The notes beneath the pieces are model-generated. The model saw only the letters and a program-made list of their open reading frames with translations, was not told where the DNA came from and made no database searches. Below, piece by piece: positions 1-8,668 of a DNA stretch of 52,802 nucleotides; within the stretch, counting starts at the first letter, position 1, and each line of letters opens with the position of its first letter. Source of the stretch: Rickettsiales bacterium (GTDB lineage Bacteria > Pseudomonadota > Alphaproteobacteria > Rickettsiales > JABIRX01); the NCBI GenBank assembly GCA_018659605.1, contig JABJMA010000069.1:1-52802 (forward strand), given 5' to 3'. The position numbers and the translations under genes are program-made.

Positions 1-1202
1 CAATTTCGGTTACGAAAGATAATCTTTTTATTGAATATCTTGCATTAAACCTCAAAGGGTTAGCTTCTCCAGCAGTAGAAGATTTCTTATTAGGAAGAAA
101 TCAAGAACCGAAAAAAGTAACAGAAACAATTATTACTGAATCTCAAGCTATTGAGGAGGAAGCAAAAACTTTGATTAAGAAGCCTGTAAATATTGCAATT
201 TTTAATATTAATCCAAAAATGAGACCAGAATTAAAAGAAATTGCTTTTAGCCCGAAGAAAGAAATTGAAGATAAGGCTGTGATTTTCCATCCATTAGCAA
301 ATCTTTCTGATAAATCAGAATCAGTAGATTTTGATATAAATCAGGAGAGATCAATAACACGTGCAATGCCAGAATCATCATTAATATTTGGTAATAATAA
401 TGATGAGAAAGGTTTGTATGAGGTAGAAATTGCAGAATCACAGCGGAAAAGCGAAGTAATCAGCTATATGATAGATTTTAAAAGAACCTATCCGCAAATA
501 TTCATCGCATTGGATATGAAAATACGAATGGAAGATAAGGCAAGAAGTTACAATTATAAGTTAAAAACACGTTTTGCTCAGGATGCTAGTAAAGCAATGG
601 AATATTGCCAATCCATGTCAGATAAGGATGTAGAATGTATTGTCGAGAAGGAAACAAAAATAGTGGGTAATTTCGCATCGAAGGAAGATGCATTTAATTA
701 CAGAAATAAACTAGCCATTGAAGGAGCGCTGGCTGATAAACAAGTATATATTAAAAGGAATGAGGAAAAGACAGAGGTTGAAATAAGGGATGTAAATATT
801 TCTCAAATTTCAACAGGTAAAGATAAATTAATCAAAGAATATGTTACATATCTAGGTGGTGTTAGCTATGAATTATTAATTACATCTGATAAATTATTTG
901 ATCAGTCAGTAGATAATTTCTGTAAGAAATATTCTAAATATCTTGAATGCGAATCAGGCTATATAACAAATCATGGAATTGAGAAAAATAAATTGGATTT
1001 AAGGCGAGGTGGACTTAATCGAAACACTGTAATTGATGTTTATGATGTGCAAACGCAAGATAATATTTGGTATCTCTTAACAACTGGTGAATTTAGCAAT
1101 GTTGATGAGTCGTTTGATTTCTGTAACTCTATTGGAATCACAGATTCCAAATGTATTGTTTATGAGCGCTCATTATCATCATCAATATTAAGGCGTAATT
1201 AA
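1..1202 (+). CDS. C-terminal part of a larger hypothetical protein with SPOR-like repeats; 5' end lies outside the window
   Basis: Frame 3 is open from nt 3 with no stop before the TTG at 171, so the ORF enters from upstream. The C-terminal half has three units resembling SPOR peptidoglycan-binding repeats: YKLKTRFAQDASKAMEYCQSMSDKDVECIV, GNFASKEDAFNYRNKLAIEG and TTGEFSNVDESFDFCNSIGITDSKCIVYE. Confidence 0.5.
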   Translation, partial: ISVTKDNLFIEYLALNLKGLASPAVEDFLLGRNQEPKKVTETIITESQAIEEEAKTLIKKPVNIAIFNINPKMRPELKEIAFSPKKEIEDKAVIFHPLANLSDKSESVDFDINQERSITRAMPESSLIFGNNNDEKGLYEVEIAESQRKSEVISYMIDFKRTYPQIFIALDMKIRMEDKARSYNYKLKTRFAQDASKAMEYCQSMSDKDVECIVEKETKIVGNFASKEDAFNYRNKLAIEGALADKQVYIKRNEEKTEVEIRDVNISQISTGKDKLIKEYVTYLGGVSYELLITSDKLFDQSVDNFCKKYSKYLECESGYITNHGIEKNKLDLRRGGLNRNTVIDVYDVQTQDNIWYLLTTGEFSNVDESFDFCNSIGITDSKCIVYERSLSSSILRRN

Positions 1203-1252
1203 TAAGTTATAATCACAAATAATTTATCACATTATACTAAATAAGGTTCTTA

Positions 1253-2488
1253 CTAAGAGGATTTAATATATTTTTTATTTACTAGTTCTTTTGGTAAGAA
1301 ATCTTGTTCAATTTCCGGATGATCATGGGAATAAATATAATCATTGCCAAAACCATATGTGCTAGCATCTTTATAATGTGAGTCTTTTAAGTGATCTGGA
1401 ACGGAATAGATCATTGCGGATTGCTCAATATCATAAATTGCATTATCTATGGCCTTATAGGCAATATTTGATTTTGAAGCTTTAGCTAGATAAATAACAA
1501 GTTGAGAAAGCGGAATTCTACATTCTGGCAGGCCTAATATTTCTACAGATTGATAGGTAGAAATAGCATAGGAAAAGGCATTTGGATCTGCTAATCCGAT
1601 ATCCTCACTGGCAATTACAATTAGCCTTCTTGCTATAAATCTAGGATCTTCGCCCGCAGATATCATTCTTGCAAGCCAATAAATTGCAGCATCAGGATTA
1701 GATCCTCGTATAGATTTCTGTAGTGCTGAGGCTAAGTTATAATGTTCCTGAATTGAATGTTTGGTATAATTTCTTTGGGTAAGGCTTTCAATCATTTCGA
1801 GGGATAGATGCTTTTTTGGATTATTCTTTAATAAAAAATATGAGCTCTCCACCAAGTTTAAAGCTGTTCTTGCATCACCAGCAGCATGCTTGCAAATATA
1901 TTCACCAATTTTATCATCTAAGGTAATTTTACCATGATGAGTCATGAGGTAACTATAGCCTTTCCGTATTAATTTTAGAAGATCATTACTTGCCAATATC
2001 TTTAAAGATAAAATCTGCATACGAGATAATAATGCAGGTGTAATCTGGAAAGAGGGGTTTTCAGTGGTGGCTCCAATTAGAAAGATCGTGCCATTTTCTA
2101 AATAAGGTAATAATGCATCTTGTTGTGTTTTGGTATAGCGATGAATTTCGTCTATAAATAGGATCGTTTGTTTATTTTCAGATTCTAATCTACTCTTAGC
2201 CATTTTAATAATATCACGTAATTCCTTTAATCCGGAATTAACAGCGCTTAACTCTGAAAAAAATGCATTATATTTATTAGCAATTAAATGTGCTAAGGTA
2301 GTTTTACCTGTACCTGCATTACCCCATAAAATTACCGAAATAAGATGGCCAGAATTTAGCAGATTAATAAATGAGCTGTTATTTGATAATAAATGCTCTT
2401 GTCCTAACAGTTCTGAGAAAGATTTTGGACGTAATATCTCGGCTAAAGGTGTTTGTATTTTATGTGATGAAAAGTTAAATGATGACAA
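1253..2488 (-). CDS. rarA: Replication-associated recombination protein A (AAA+ ATPase RarA/MgsA)
   Basis: Walker A GNAGTGKTT, Walker B FIDEIHR, and the C-terminal MgsA signature RGSNPDAAIYWLARMISAGEDPRFIARRL. 411 aa. Confidence 0.92.
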   Translation of the reverse strand: MSSFNFSSHKIQTPLAEILRPKSFSELLGQEHLLSNNSSFINLLNSGHLISVILWGNAGTGKTTLAHLIANKYNAFFSELSAVNSGLKELRDIIKMAKSRLESENKQTILFIDEIHRYTKTQQDALLPYLENGTIFLIGATTENPSFQITPALLSRMQILSLKILASNDLLKLIRKGYSYLMTHHGKITLDDKIGEYICKHAAGDARTALNLVESSYFLLKNNPKKHLSLEMIESLTQRNYTKHSIQEHYNLASALQKSIRGSNPDAAIYWLARMISAGEDPRFIARRLIVIASEDIGLADPNAFSYAISTYQSVEILGLPECRIPLSQLVIYLAKASKSNIAYKAIDNAIYDIEQSAMIYSVPDHLKDSHYKDASTYGFGNDYIYSHDHPEIEQDFLPKELVNKKYIKSS

Positions 2489-2746
2489 AATTATCCTATT
2501 GTAAATTGTTTGTAGCTCGAGATATATACTATATAGCTTTGTATTAGTCTCTCTTAGAATATCAACTATAGAGTTAGCTTATGTATATTTTGTGACATTT
2601 AAGCTAACATCTTCGTTATATTATATTTAAACAAAAGAAATCCTTAAGAGTTAGGTACCTATAAATTTTATTTTCTCTAAAAGATCTATTTGATTTATAT
2701 TATATATTATTAATATATTGGTTTATTAAAATAAAATTGGTCTCTT

Positions 2747-3019
2747 ATGTATAAATTAATAATTTCATTATTTGCTATTTTCTTATTATCATCATGTATA
2801 TCTTTTGAATTTGCTCAAGAGACACATTTTGATTTATATAGAAATTCGAATGGTGGTTATAGTTTTAATTATCTACAGCCTCGAAAATTAGGTCAAGGAT
2901 TAGAAACTAAGCAGAATTTAAAAAATTGGACTTCTGCTTATCGGCATTGCCAAAACTATAAAATTGTTAATAAGCGCTCAAGTATGAATTATTATATTAT
3001 TAACGGTAAATGTATTTAG
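2747..3019 (+). CDS. Small putative lipoprotein, function unknown
   Basis: Signal peptide with lipobox LLSSC. 90 aa, Tyr/Asn-rich. Stops 4 nt before the next ORF on the same strand. Confidence 0.5.
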   Translation: MYKLIISLFAIFLLSSCISFEFAQETHFDLYRNSNGGYSFNYLQPRKLGQGLETKQNLKNWTSAYRHCQNYKIVNKRSSMNYYIINGKCI

Positions 3020-3023
3020 AAAC

Positions 3024-4376
3024 ATGTTAGAAAATATATTAAAATATCTAGCAATAGCTATTTATTGCTTTTTATTTTTTATTTTTGGTATTTTTAGTCG
3101 GAATTCTCAAATTTTACATAAAATTATCTCCTCCGTAACTATTGAAAGAGAAAGCTCTCTTTATGGAGATTATGATAAAGAATTTGCTAAAGATATTACA
3201 GTTTGGGTAGATGATCAGGATAAAGTTCATAATGATTTAATCCTCATAGCAACCCATTTTATTGATAATCCAGGATTAATACTAGTAAATAATTTAGGCG
3301 AGATTGTTCATAGCTGGAATATACAAAAAGATATAGTAAATCCAGAACTTAAAAAGGTGCATGATATTGATTTAGAGCCTGAGGACACTGTGCAGGCTGT
3401 TGTTGATGCTCATTTATTTCCAAATGGTGATGTGATAGTTACTAATGATCTAAGGGAATTTGATAATTATCGTGGTATTAGCATGATGAGGCTCGATAAG
3501 GACTCAAAAGTAATTTGGCAAATTATTGATGAGTTTCATCATGATTTCAATATTGATGAGAATGGTATTATATATGCATTAGATTTTGATCTATCAACAG
3601 ATTTTCCATTAATAGATTTTACTGATAGTAATGCGAATATTGCTTATATGAATGATATGATAAATATCATAGATAGTAGTGATGGTAAGATATTAGACAA
3701 AATATCTATAACAGAGGCTTTTGCTGATTCCGAATATTCTTATTTCCTAACTAGTTTTGTATTGGAAAAAAATCACACCTTCCAACAGTTTAAATTTAAA
3801 GATGGTACAGATGTTTTTGATATTTTGCATACAAATTCTGTCCAATATATTTCTTCTGACTTAGCAAATAATAGTATATTTGAAGCAGGAGATTTACTTA
3901 TTTCAATGCGTGGCCTAGATGCTGTAGCGGTTATCCGTCCATCATTAAAAAAGGTTGTATGGGCAAAGACTGGCCCTTGGAGAAATCAGCATTATGCAAG
4001 GCTAAATCAAGATGGTAATATTTATATTTATGATAATGATGGTAGCGGAACAGTAGTTAGTAAAGGTGATAAAATTACGATTAGTCGGGCACCACGAATA
4101 TTGTCTTACAATAGCAAAAATGATAAAATAAATATAGTTTATTATAATCCTACTTACCCAGAATCATATAGTTATTGGCGAGGTTATTTTAAAAAATTAA
4201 AGGATGATAGCTTTATTATTTCCTCATCTGCACAATCTAGGATTTTGCAAGTAGATAATGATGGTTCAGTAATTTGGGAATTAAGAGCCGTTACAGATAG
4301 AGATGTTGATAATATACCTTATTTGAGAAGGCTTGTAAGCGTAAGACATTATTATTCTGATTATGTTAAATTCTAA
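3024..4376 (+). CDS. Arylsulfotransferase (ASST)-like beta-propeller protein with N-terminal membrane anchor
   Basis: N-terminal TM segment YLAIAIYCFLFFIFGIFS. Motifs recalled from ASST / Arylsulfotran_2 proteins are present: HHDFNIDENG, FDILHTNSVQY, ISMRGLDAVAVIRPSLKKVVWAKTGPW, NQHYARLNQDGNIYIYDND and RILQVDNDGSVIWEL. Confidence 0.65.
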   Translation: MLENILKYLAIAIYCFLFFIFGIFSRNSQILHKIISSVTIERESSLYGDYDKEFAKDITVWVDDQDKVHNDLILIATHFIDNPGLILVNNLGEIVHSWNIQKDIVNPELKKVHDIDLEPEDTVQAVVDAHLFPNGDVIVTNDLREFDNYRGISMMRLDKDSKVIWQIIDEFHHDFNIDENGIIYALDFDLSTDFPLIDFTDSNANIAYMNDMINIIDSSDGKILDKISITEAFADSEYSYFLTSFVLEKNHTFQQFKFKDGTDVFDILHTNSVQYISSDLANNSIFEAGDLLISMRGLDAVAVIRPSLKKVVWAKTGPWRNQHYARLNQDGNIYIYDNDGSGTVVSKGDKITISRAPRILSYNSKNDKINIVYYNPTYPESYSYWRGYFKKLKDDSFIISSSAQSRILQVDNDGSVIWELRAVTDRDVDNIPYLRRLVSVRHYYSDYVKF

Positions 4377-4463
4377 CATTTTGAGCAGTTATAAATTGGT
4401 ATTCACTTGCTATCTGCTGCATATATATTATGAGTTTAAATTAAAATATTTATAATTCCTACA

Positions 4464-4706
4464 ATGTTTTTCCTAAGAAATTTCTTTATTCTATTTACTT
4501 TATTATTTTGTCATAATGCAAATGCATATTTAGCTCCTTTGCTTGGTAGCGCTGGTGCGATAGCTGGTTTTATAGCTTTCATCTTTGCTATTCTTGCTTC
4601 TTTTGCATTTCTCATATGGTATCATTTTAGGAATTTCTATAAAAAGATCATTAATAAGTTTTCTAAGAAAACAGGGAATATCAAGCCAACAAAATCACAG
4701 GATTAA
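4464..4706 (+). CDS. Small secreted or single-pass membrane protein
   Basis: Signal-like N-terminus (cleavage after ANA), one hydrophobic helix and a basic tail. Its stop TAA overlaps the ATG of the next gene (TAATG at 4704-4708), implying translational coupling. Confidence 0.5.
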   Translation: MFFLRNFFILFTLLFCHNANAYLAPLLGSAGAIAGFIAFIFAILASFAFLIWYHFRNFYKKIINKFSKKTGNIKPTKSQD

Positions 4707-5788
4707 TGCCGCAAGAATTTTCAAATCTGGCTTATTATTTGGGTAAGCAGATTTTCTCTAATAAGAAATTATGGATTGCATTAGGCAATCTGGAAACAAA
4801 ATTAATCAAAAATAAATTAAGTATTGAATCTCCTGATGAGCCTATATACATTACGGGTTTAGCTAGATCTGGAACTACATTAATGCTTGAGAATATAGTC
4901 CAAAACCCAGATTGCACATCACATAGATATAGAGATTTTCCTATGGTTTTTACGCCATATATCTGGAATAAATTATTATCCTTTTGTGATCTTTTTACAC
5001 AGATCTCAAAAAAACATGAGCGCTCACATCAGGATGGAGTGGAAATATCAGCAAAAAGCCCAGAAGCATTAGAGGAAATTTTATGGGAGAGTTTTTTTGC
5101 AGATCTCCATAATGATAATATAGAAAATATTCTACCAGAAAATACTCAGAATAAAGAATTTTCTCAATTTTATTTTCAGCATATTAATAAATTATTATTA
5201 GCTAGATCATCAAAACGATATGTTACCAAAGCTAATTACAATATTACTCGATTACATTATTTGCTTAAGTTAAATAATTCGAGTAAGGCAATTATCATGG
5301 TAAGAGACCCTGTATCACATATTAATTCTATCGTAAGGCAAGATAGAATTTTTTCTGAGAGTCATCGTAAAAACCCGAAAACTAAGCATTTCATGCATAT
5401 GTCCGGACATTATGAATTTGGGCTAGATAAAAAATTAATTAACATTGATGTTGAGAAATTTACTAAGATACAAAAGCAATTTAACACTGGTAATGATATA
5501 AAAGCCTGGGCTATGTATTGGAGTATGGTATATAATTATGCAAAATCATTAATTGAGCAATTACCTAAATCAAATGTAATGTTATGTCGGTATGAAGATT
5601 TATGTAATGACCCAAAAAATACATTAAAAGAAATTTATCAATTTTGTAATTTAGCTCCATCAAATGACCTGCTTAATACTCAGTCCAGTAATATCAGAGG
5701 CTTATCAGTGCCAAATGAAATTAACAAGAATAATATTAAAGAGATTATTTCTATAACAAAACCAATTGCTAATTATTTTGGTTATTAA
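4706..5788 (+). CDS. PAPS-dependent sulfotransferase family protein (Sulfotransfer_3 / TPST-RaxST-like)
   Basis: 5'-PSB loop GLARSGTTLM and 3'-PB region KAIIMVRDPVSHINS. The C-terminal RYEDLCNDPKNTLKEIYQFCNL resembles YEQLV..P...L..IL.FLG of tyrosylprotein sulfotransferases. No signal peptide. Confidence 0.75.
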   Translation: MPQEFSNLAYYLGKQIFSNKKLWIALGNLETKLIKNKLSIESPDEPIYITGLARSGTTLMLENIVQNPDCTSHRYRDFPMVFTPYIWNKLLSFCDLFTQISKKHERSHQDGVEISAKSPEALEEILWESFFADLHNDNIENILPENTQNKEFSQFYFQHINKLLLARSSKRYVTKANYNITRLHYLLKLNNSSKAIIMVRDPVSHINSIVRQDRIFSESHRKNPKTKHFMHMSGHYEFGLDKKLINIDVEKFTKIQKQFNTGNDIKAWAMYWSMVYNYAKSLIEQLPKSNVMLCRYEDLCNDPKNTLKEIYQFCNLAPSNDLLNTQSSNIRGLSVPNEINKNNIKEIISITKPIANYFGY

Positions 5789-5874
5789 TTTTTAAATACA
5801 GAATCTGTTCTAATATCATAAGATTAAAGGATTATTAATCCGTGCGGCCGTTTGTTCCCACCCCTTAAAATATT

Positions 5875-6154
5875 GAATTCGGTTAATCCCGGGCGGGAGG
5901 ACCCCGCCCCTACAAGTTTCAGCATCCAATATGAAATATGAATTATAAAATTGGGCGAATATATGTCCTCCTCCAAGCCACCCGTAAGATACAGGAATAT
6001 TAATTATTCGGTATAATGATCACCCCGTAGGGGCGGTGTCCTCCCGCCCGGAAACATGAGGAATGTTCATTATTTGGTATAATGATCACCCCGTAGGGGC
6101 GGGGTCTTCCCGCCCGGAAATATGAATTATAAAATTGGGTGAATATATGTCCCC
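5875..6154 (+). repeat. Composite (about 1.7 copies) GC-rich palindromic MITE-like element
   Basis: Left arm GGGCGGG-AGGAC-CCCGCCC at 5891-5909. There are two right arms, at 6031-6049 and 6097-6115. The core ATATGAATTATAAAATTGGG(C/T)GAATATATGT occurs twice, at 5934-5964 and 6119-6149. Confidence 0.85.
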
Positions 6155-6195
6155 AAACCCAGAACAGGTGCGATAGCATTATTAAAACAAATAGA

Positions 6196-6921
6196 TTATT
6201 TATCCAATAAAAACCCAATATTGCAGGCATTATCAGTGTTATTATAGGTTTTGTAAGCAGGTCCATCTACGCAATAATCACTTTCTACTACCTCAGCATC
6301 ATTTAGATAAAAAGAATTATAACCAATAATCTTGCCTGTATTACTATCACCATCGTCATATTTGACATCAATTGCTTTAGCTTCTTTTGTAGTAAATATA
6401 CCGCCGTCACTATAGGCACCCTTGTAAGATATATATGAGCCTAATTTAAGAATGTTATTATATAGGCTACTATCGTAATCGAAGCTTATATTACCTTCAT
6501 TCAAAGGAGATTTTGCTATAGAATCTTTCTCATTCCATTCTCCAAAAAACTTTGTATCTACAAAGTTAGCTAAGGATAGATGTTGCCAGGCACGATATAT
6601 TTCACTATTTGATTTTTCATTAAGTTCTAAAATACCATCGCCATCACCATTACAATCTGCTTGGGCTCCACATATACTATCAGAACTATCATCAAAATAA
6701 CTATGAGCTGATGAGAAATCACCAGGAATGGCCTGATATGTAGCCACGAACTCATGGAAGGCATATTTATAGCTAAATATCTTTTTGATAGAGGATTGTA
6801 TCTGTGCTTTACGAACAATTTTTAACCCACTTGTAGCACCAGCTACAAGTAATGAAATTATAATAATAACTAGTGATAATTCAAGGAGCGAAAAGGCTTG
6901 CCTAAATTTATAAGCAAACAT
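6196..6921 (-). CDS. Prepilin-type N-terminal cleavage/methylation domain protein (type IV pilin / pseudopilin-like)
   Basis: N-terminus MFAYKFRQA-FSLLELSLVIIIISLLVAG matches the class III signal (F-S/T-L-L/I-E plus hydrophobic helix). The C-terminus has paired cysteines. Confidence 0.7.
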   Translation of the reverse strand: MFAYKFRQAFSLLELSLVIIIISLLVAGATSGLKIVRKAQIQSSIKKIFSYKYAFHEFVATYQAIPGDFSSAHSYFDDSSDSICGAQADCNGDGDGILELNEKSNSEIYRAWQHLSLANFVDTKFFGEWNEKDSIAKSPLNEGNISFDYDSSLYNNILKLGSYISYKGAYSDGGIFTTKEAKAIDVKYDDGDSNTGKIIGYNSFYLNDAEVVESDYCVDGPAYKTYNNTDNACNIGFLLDK

Positions 6922-6988
6922 GGAGGGTTTTATACAGTCCGAATTATAGCGGTCAACTAATTTATTACAAATGCCCTGTATATTTTAT

Positions 6989-7092
6989 TGCGGGCGGGGA
7001 TTTACATAATACCCAACTTCATAATTCAAATCTCATATCTGATGTTGCTACTTGTAGGGGCGGGGTTCTCCCGCCCGTGATTGAACGAATTC
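6989..7092 (-). repeat. Diverged partial copy of the MITE-like element, reverse orientation
   Basis: Arm GGGCGGG-GTTCT-CCCGCCC at 7058-7076 followed by TGATTGAACGAATTC. The internal sequence aligns to the reverse complement of the core at 5914-5964. A degenerate second arm CGGGCGGGG lies at 6991-6999. Confidence 0.7.
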
Positions 7093-7150
7093 GTGATTTT
7101 CAGGCGATCGCAAGGTTTTCACCCTATGAAATTAAGTACTTTTTATTAAT

Positions 7151-7969
7151 TTAATACCGATTGATCACATTGGCTATCAGATCAATTACCATATAAAAAC
7201 CTTCATCTAATTCCTCTTGATTTACAGGGGCAATCGAGGACATTAAAAGGTTTCTTACTGGCTCAGATAGTTTCTTTAATCGGATGTCAGAGCTATTAAG
7301 CTGATGGTTTGGAAAAAATATTTGCGTTTCAAAAGAGATTTCATTTGGGATAGCTATATAAAAATTTATAAAAGGAGCTTGGTCATCAATGCTACCTGGT
7401 AATATTGTGATAAACTCAAAACTTCCATCTGTGCCAGTTATTGTAAAACCGGCATTCTGAAAATATGGATCATAATCGGGGGTGTGTTTTGCAGTGTCAT
7501 TATAAACGCCGTAAGCATTAGCCTGCCAAATTGTAATATCAGTATTAGCAATAGGATGGCAATTTACATCACGAAGAAAGCCTTTTATATAAATAATATG
7601 TCCTGATGCGACATCGGGACTTCCCACAGCCCTACGTAGATTATTAGATGAGATGTCTTTATATTTATTAAATTTAATTCTTTCTGTTAGGACGGGCGTT
7701 GGTGCGCAAGGCATCATAGCTAAAGCATCAAGAGTTAAGACTGAAAATTGACTCTGATTTAAGATAGAGGGATGCTCAATAGGAGTTGCATTATTGGATA
7801 TGTCTATATCAGGTTTTGGCAGTGGAATACCAACGATTTTTGCAATATCATGCTTGTCTAAAGTGGTTTTGTAAGGATAGAGTGAAAAAAGTTTGTGCCC
7901 AGATTTAGTATCTGCAGCTATTACGTTCCCATTAAGTAGTAAAAGAAATATTAAATATAGTCGAAGCAT
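7151..7969 (-). CDS. Secreted intradiol ring-cleavage dioxygenase-like protein, probably non-catalytic
   Basis: Signal peptide MLRLYLIFLLLLNGNVIAA. The core ITIWQANAYGVYN...DPYFQNAGFTITGTDGSFEFITILPG...ETQIFFPN matches the protocatechuate 3,4-dioxygenase beta fold. The HIHF iron-ligand position reads FINF. Confidence 0.6.
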   Translation of the reverse strand: MLRLYLIFLLLLNGNVIAADTKSGHKLFSLYPYKTTLDKHDIAKIVGIPLPKPDIDISNNATPIEHPSILNQSQFSVLTLDALAMMPCAPTPVLTERIKFNKYKDISSNNLRRAVGSPDVASGHIIYIKGFLRDVNCHPIANTDITIWQANAYGVYNDTAKHTPDYDPYFQNAGFTITGTDGSFEFITILPGSIDDQAPFINFYIAIPNEISFETQIFFPNHQLNSSDIRLKKLSEPVRNLLMSSIAPVNQEELDEGFYMVIDLIANVINRY

Positions 7970-8131
7970 ATTCTATGAAAATTTTATCTTATACTGAATG
8001 AATTGGTAATAAAAACAAGCAGAAATCTAATTAGATATAATACAAATATAAAGGTTGCTGCTGGTAGTAACTATACTGGTTATTAAGCTAAATACATTTT
8101 ACTAAACTTCTATCAAAAGATAAGAAAATAT

Positions 8132-8584
8132 TTATCTCTTATCAGCAAAGAAGTTTTGTAATAATTGCCTTGCAGCATCACTTAGCATTTCAGGGTATAT
8201 TTCAATTTTAGGATAAGCATTTTTTTTATATAGAATTTGCGCTCCATTTACCACTCCGCCAAATTTCTCATCATATAGACCGAAATAGATCTTGCTGATT
8301 TTGGCGGTAGCAATTGCAGAGGCACACATACAGCACGGCTCTAAAGTACTAAAAATAACATAATTTGATAAGTTGGTAGTTTTTAATTTCTGACAGGCTT
8401 CTCTAATAGCTAAAATCTCTGCATGCGCAGTTGGGTCATTTAAAGATCTTGTTTGATTATGTGAGCTTGTAATTATTTTACCATTTCTGTCACTAATTAC
8501 TGCGCCAACAGGAACTTCGTAAGCTGCGTAAGCTTTCTGTGCCTGAAAGATGGCAGCTTGCATTAATTTGACAGGAATTAACAT
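8132..8584 (-). CDS. tadA: tRNA adenosine(34) deaminase
   Basis: CDA zinc motifs HAEILAIREA and EPCCMCASAI. 150 aa. Confidence 0.92.
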   Translation of the reverse strand: MLIPVKLMQAAIFQAQKAYAAYEVPVGAVISDRNGKIITSSHNQTRSLNDPTAHAEILAIREACQKLKTTNLSNYVIFSTLEPCCMCASAIATAKISKIYFGLYDEKFGGVVNGAQILYKKNAYPKIEIYPEMLSDAARQLLQNFFADKR

Positions 8585-8668
8585 TATGTATCATTATGAA
8601 ATTTGATATTGCTTTAAAAGCAGTCTTATAATATTTAAGACTTAAAATCTATTACTTGCTTTTATTCT

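Noticed and set aside
6000-6266. 88-aa ORF on the minus strand with an internally repeated RAG(R/G)(P/H)RPYGVIIIPNN sequence
   Set aside because: It is the in-frame read-through of two GC-rich repeat arms of the MITE-like element. It overlaps the 3' end of the prepilin gene and has no independent coding evidence.
5875-7092. Possible CRISPR array suggested by recurring GC-rich ~25-nt palindromic repeats
   Set aside because: The repeats occur as inverted pairs around a conserved rather than variable core. Their spacing is irregular, they are scattered over 47 kb, and no cas genes are present. This is a MITE/REP-like family, not CRISPR.
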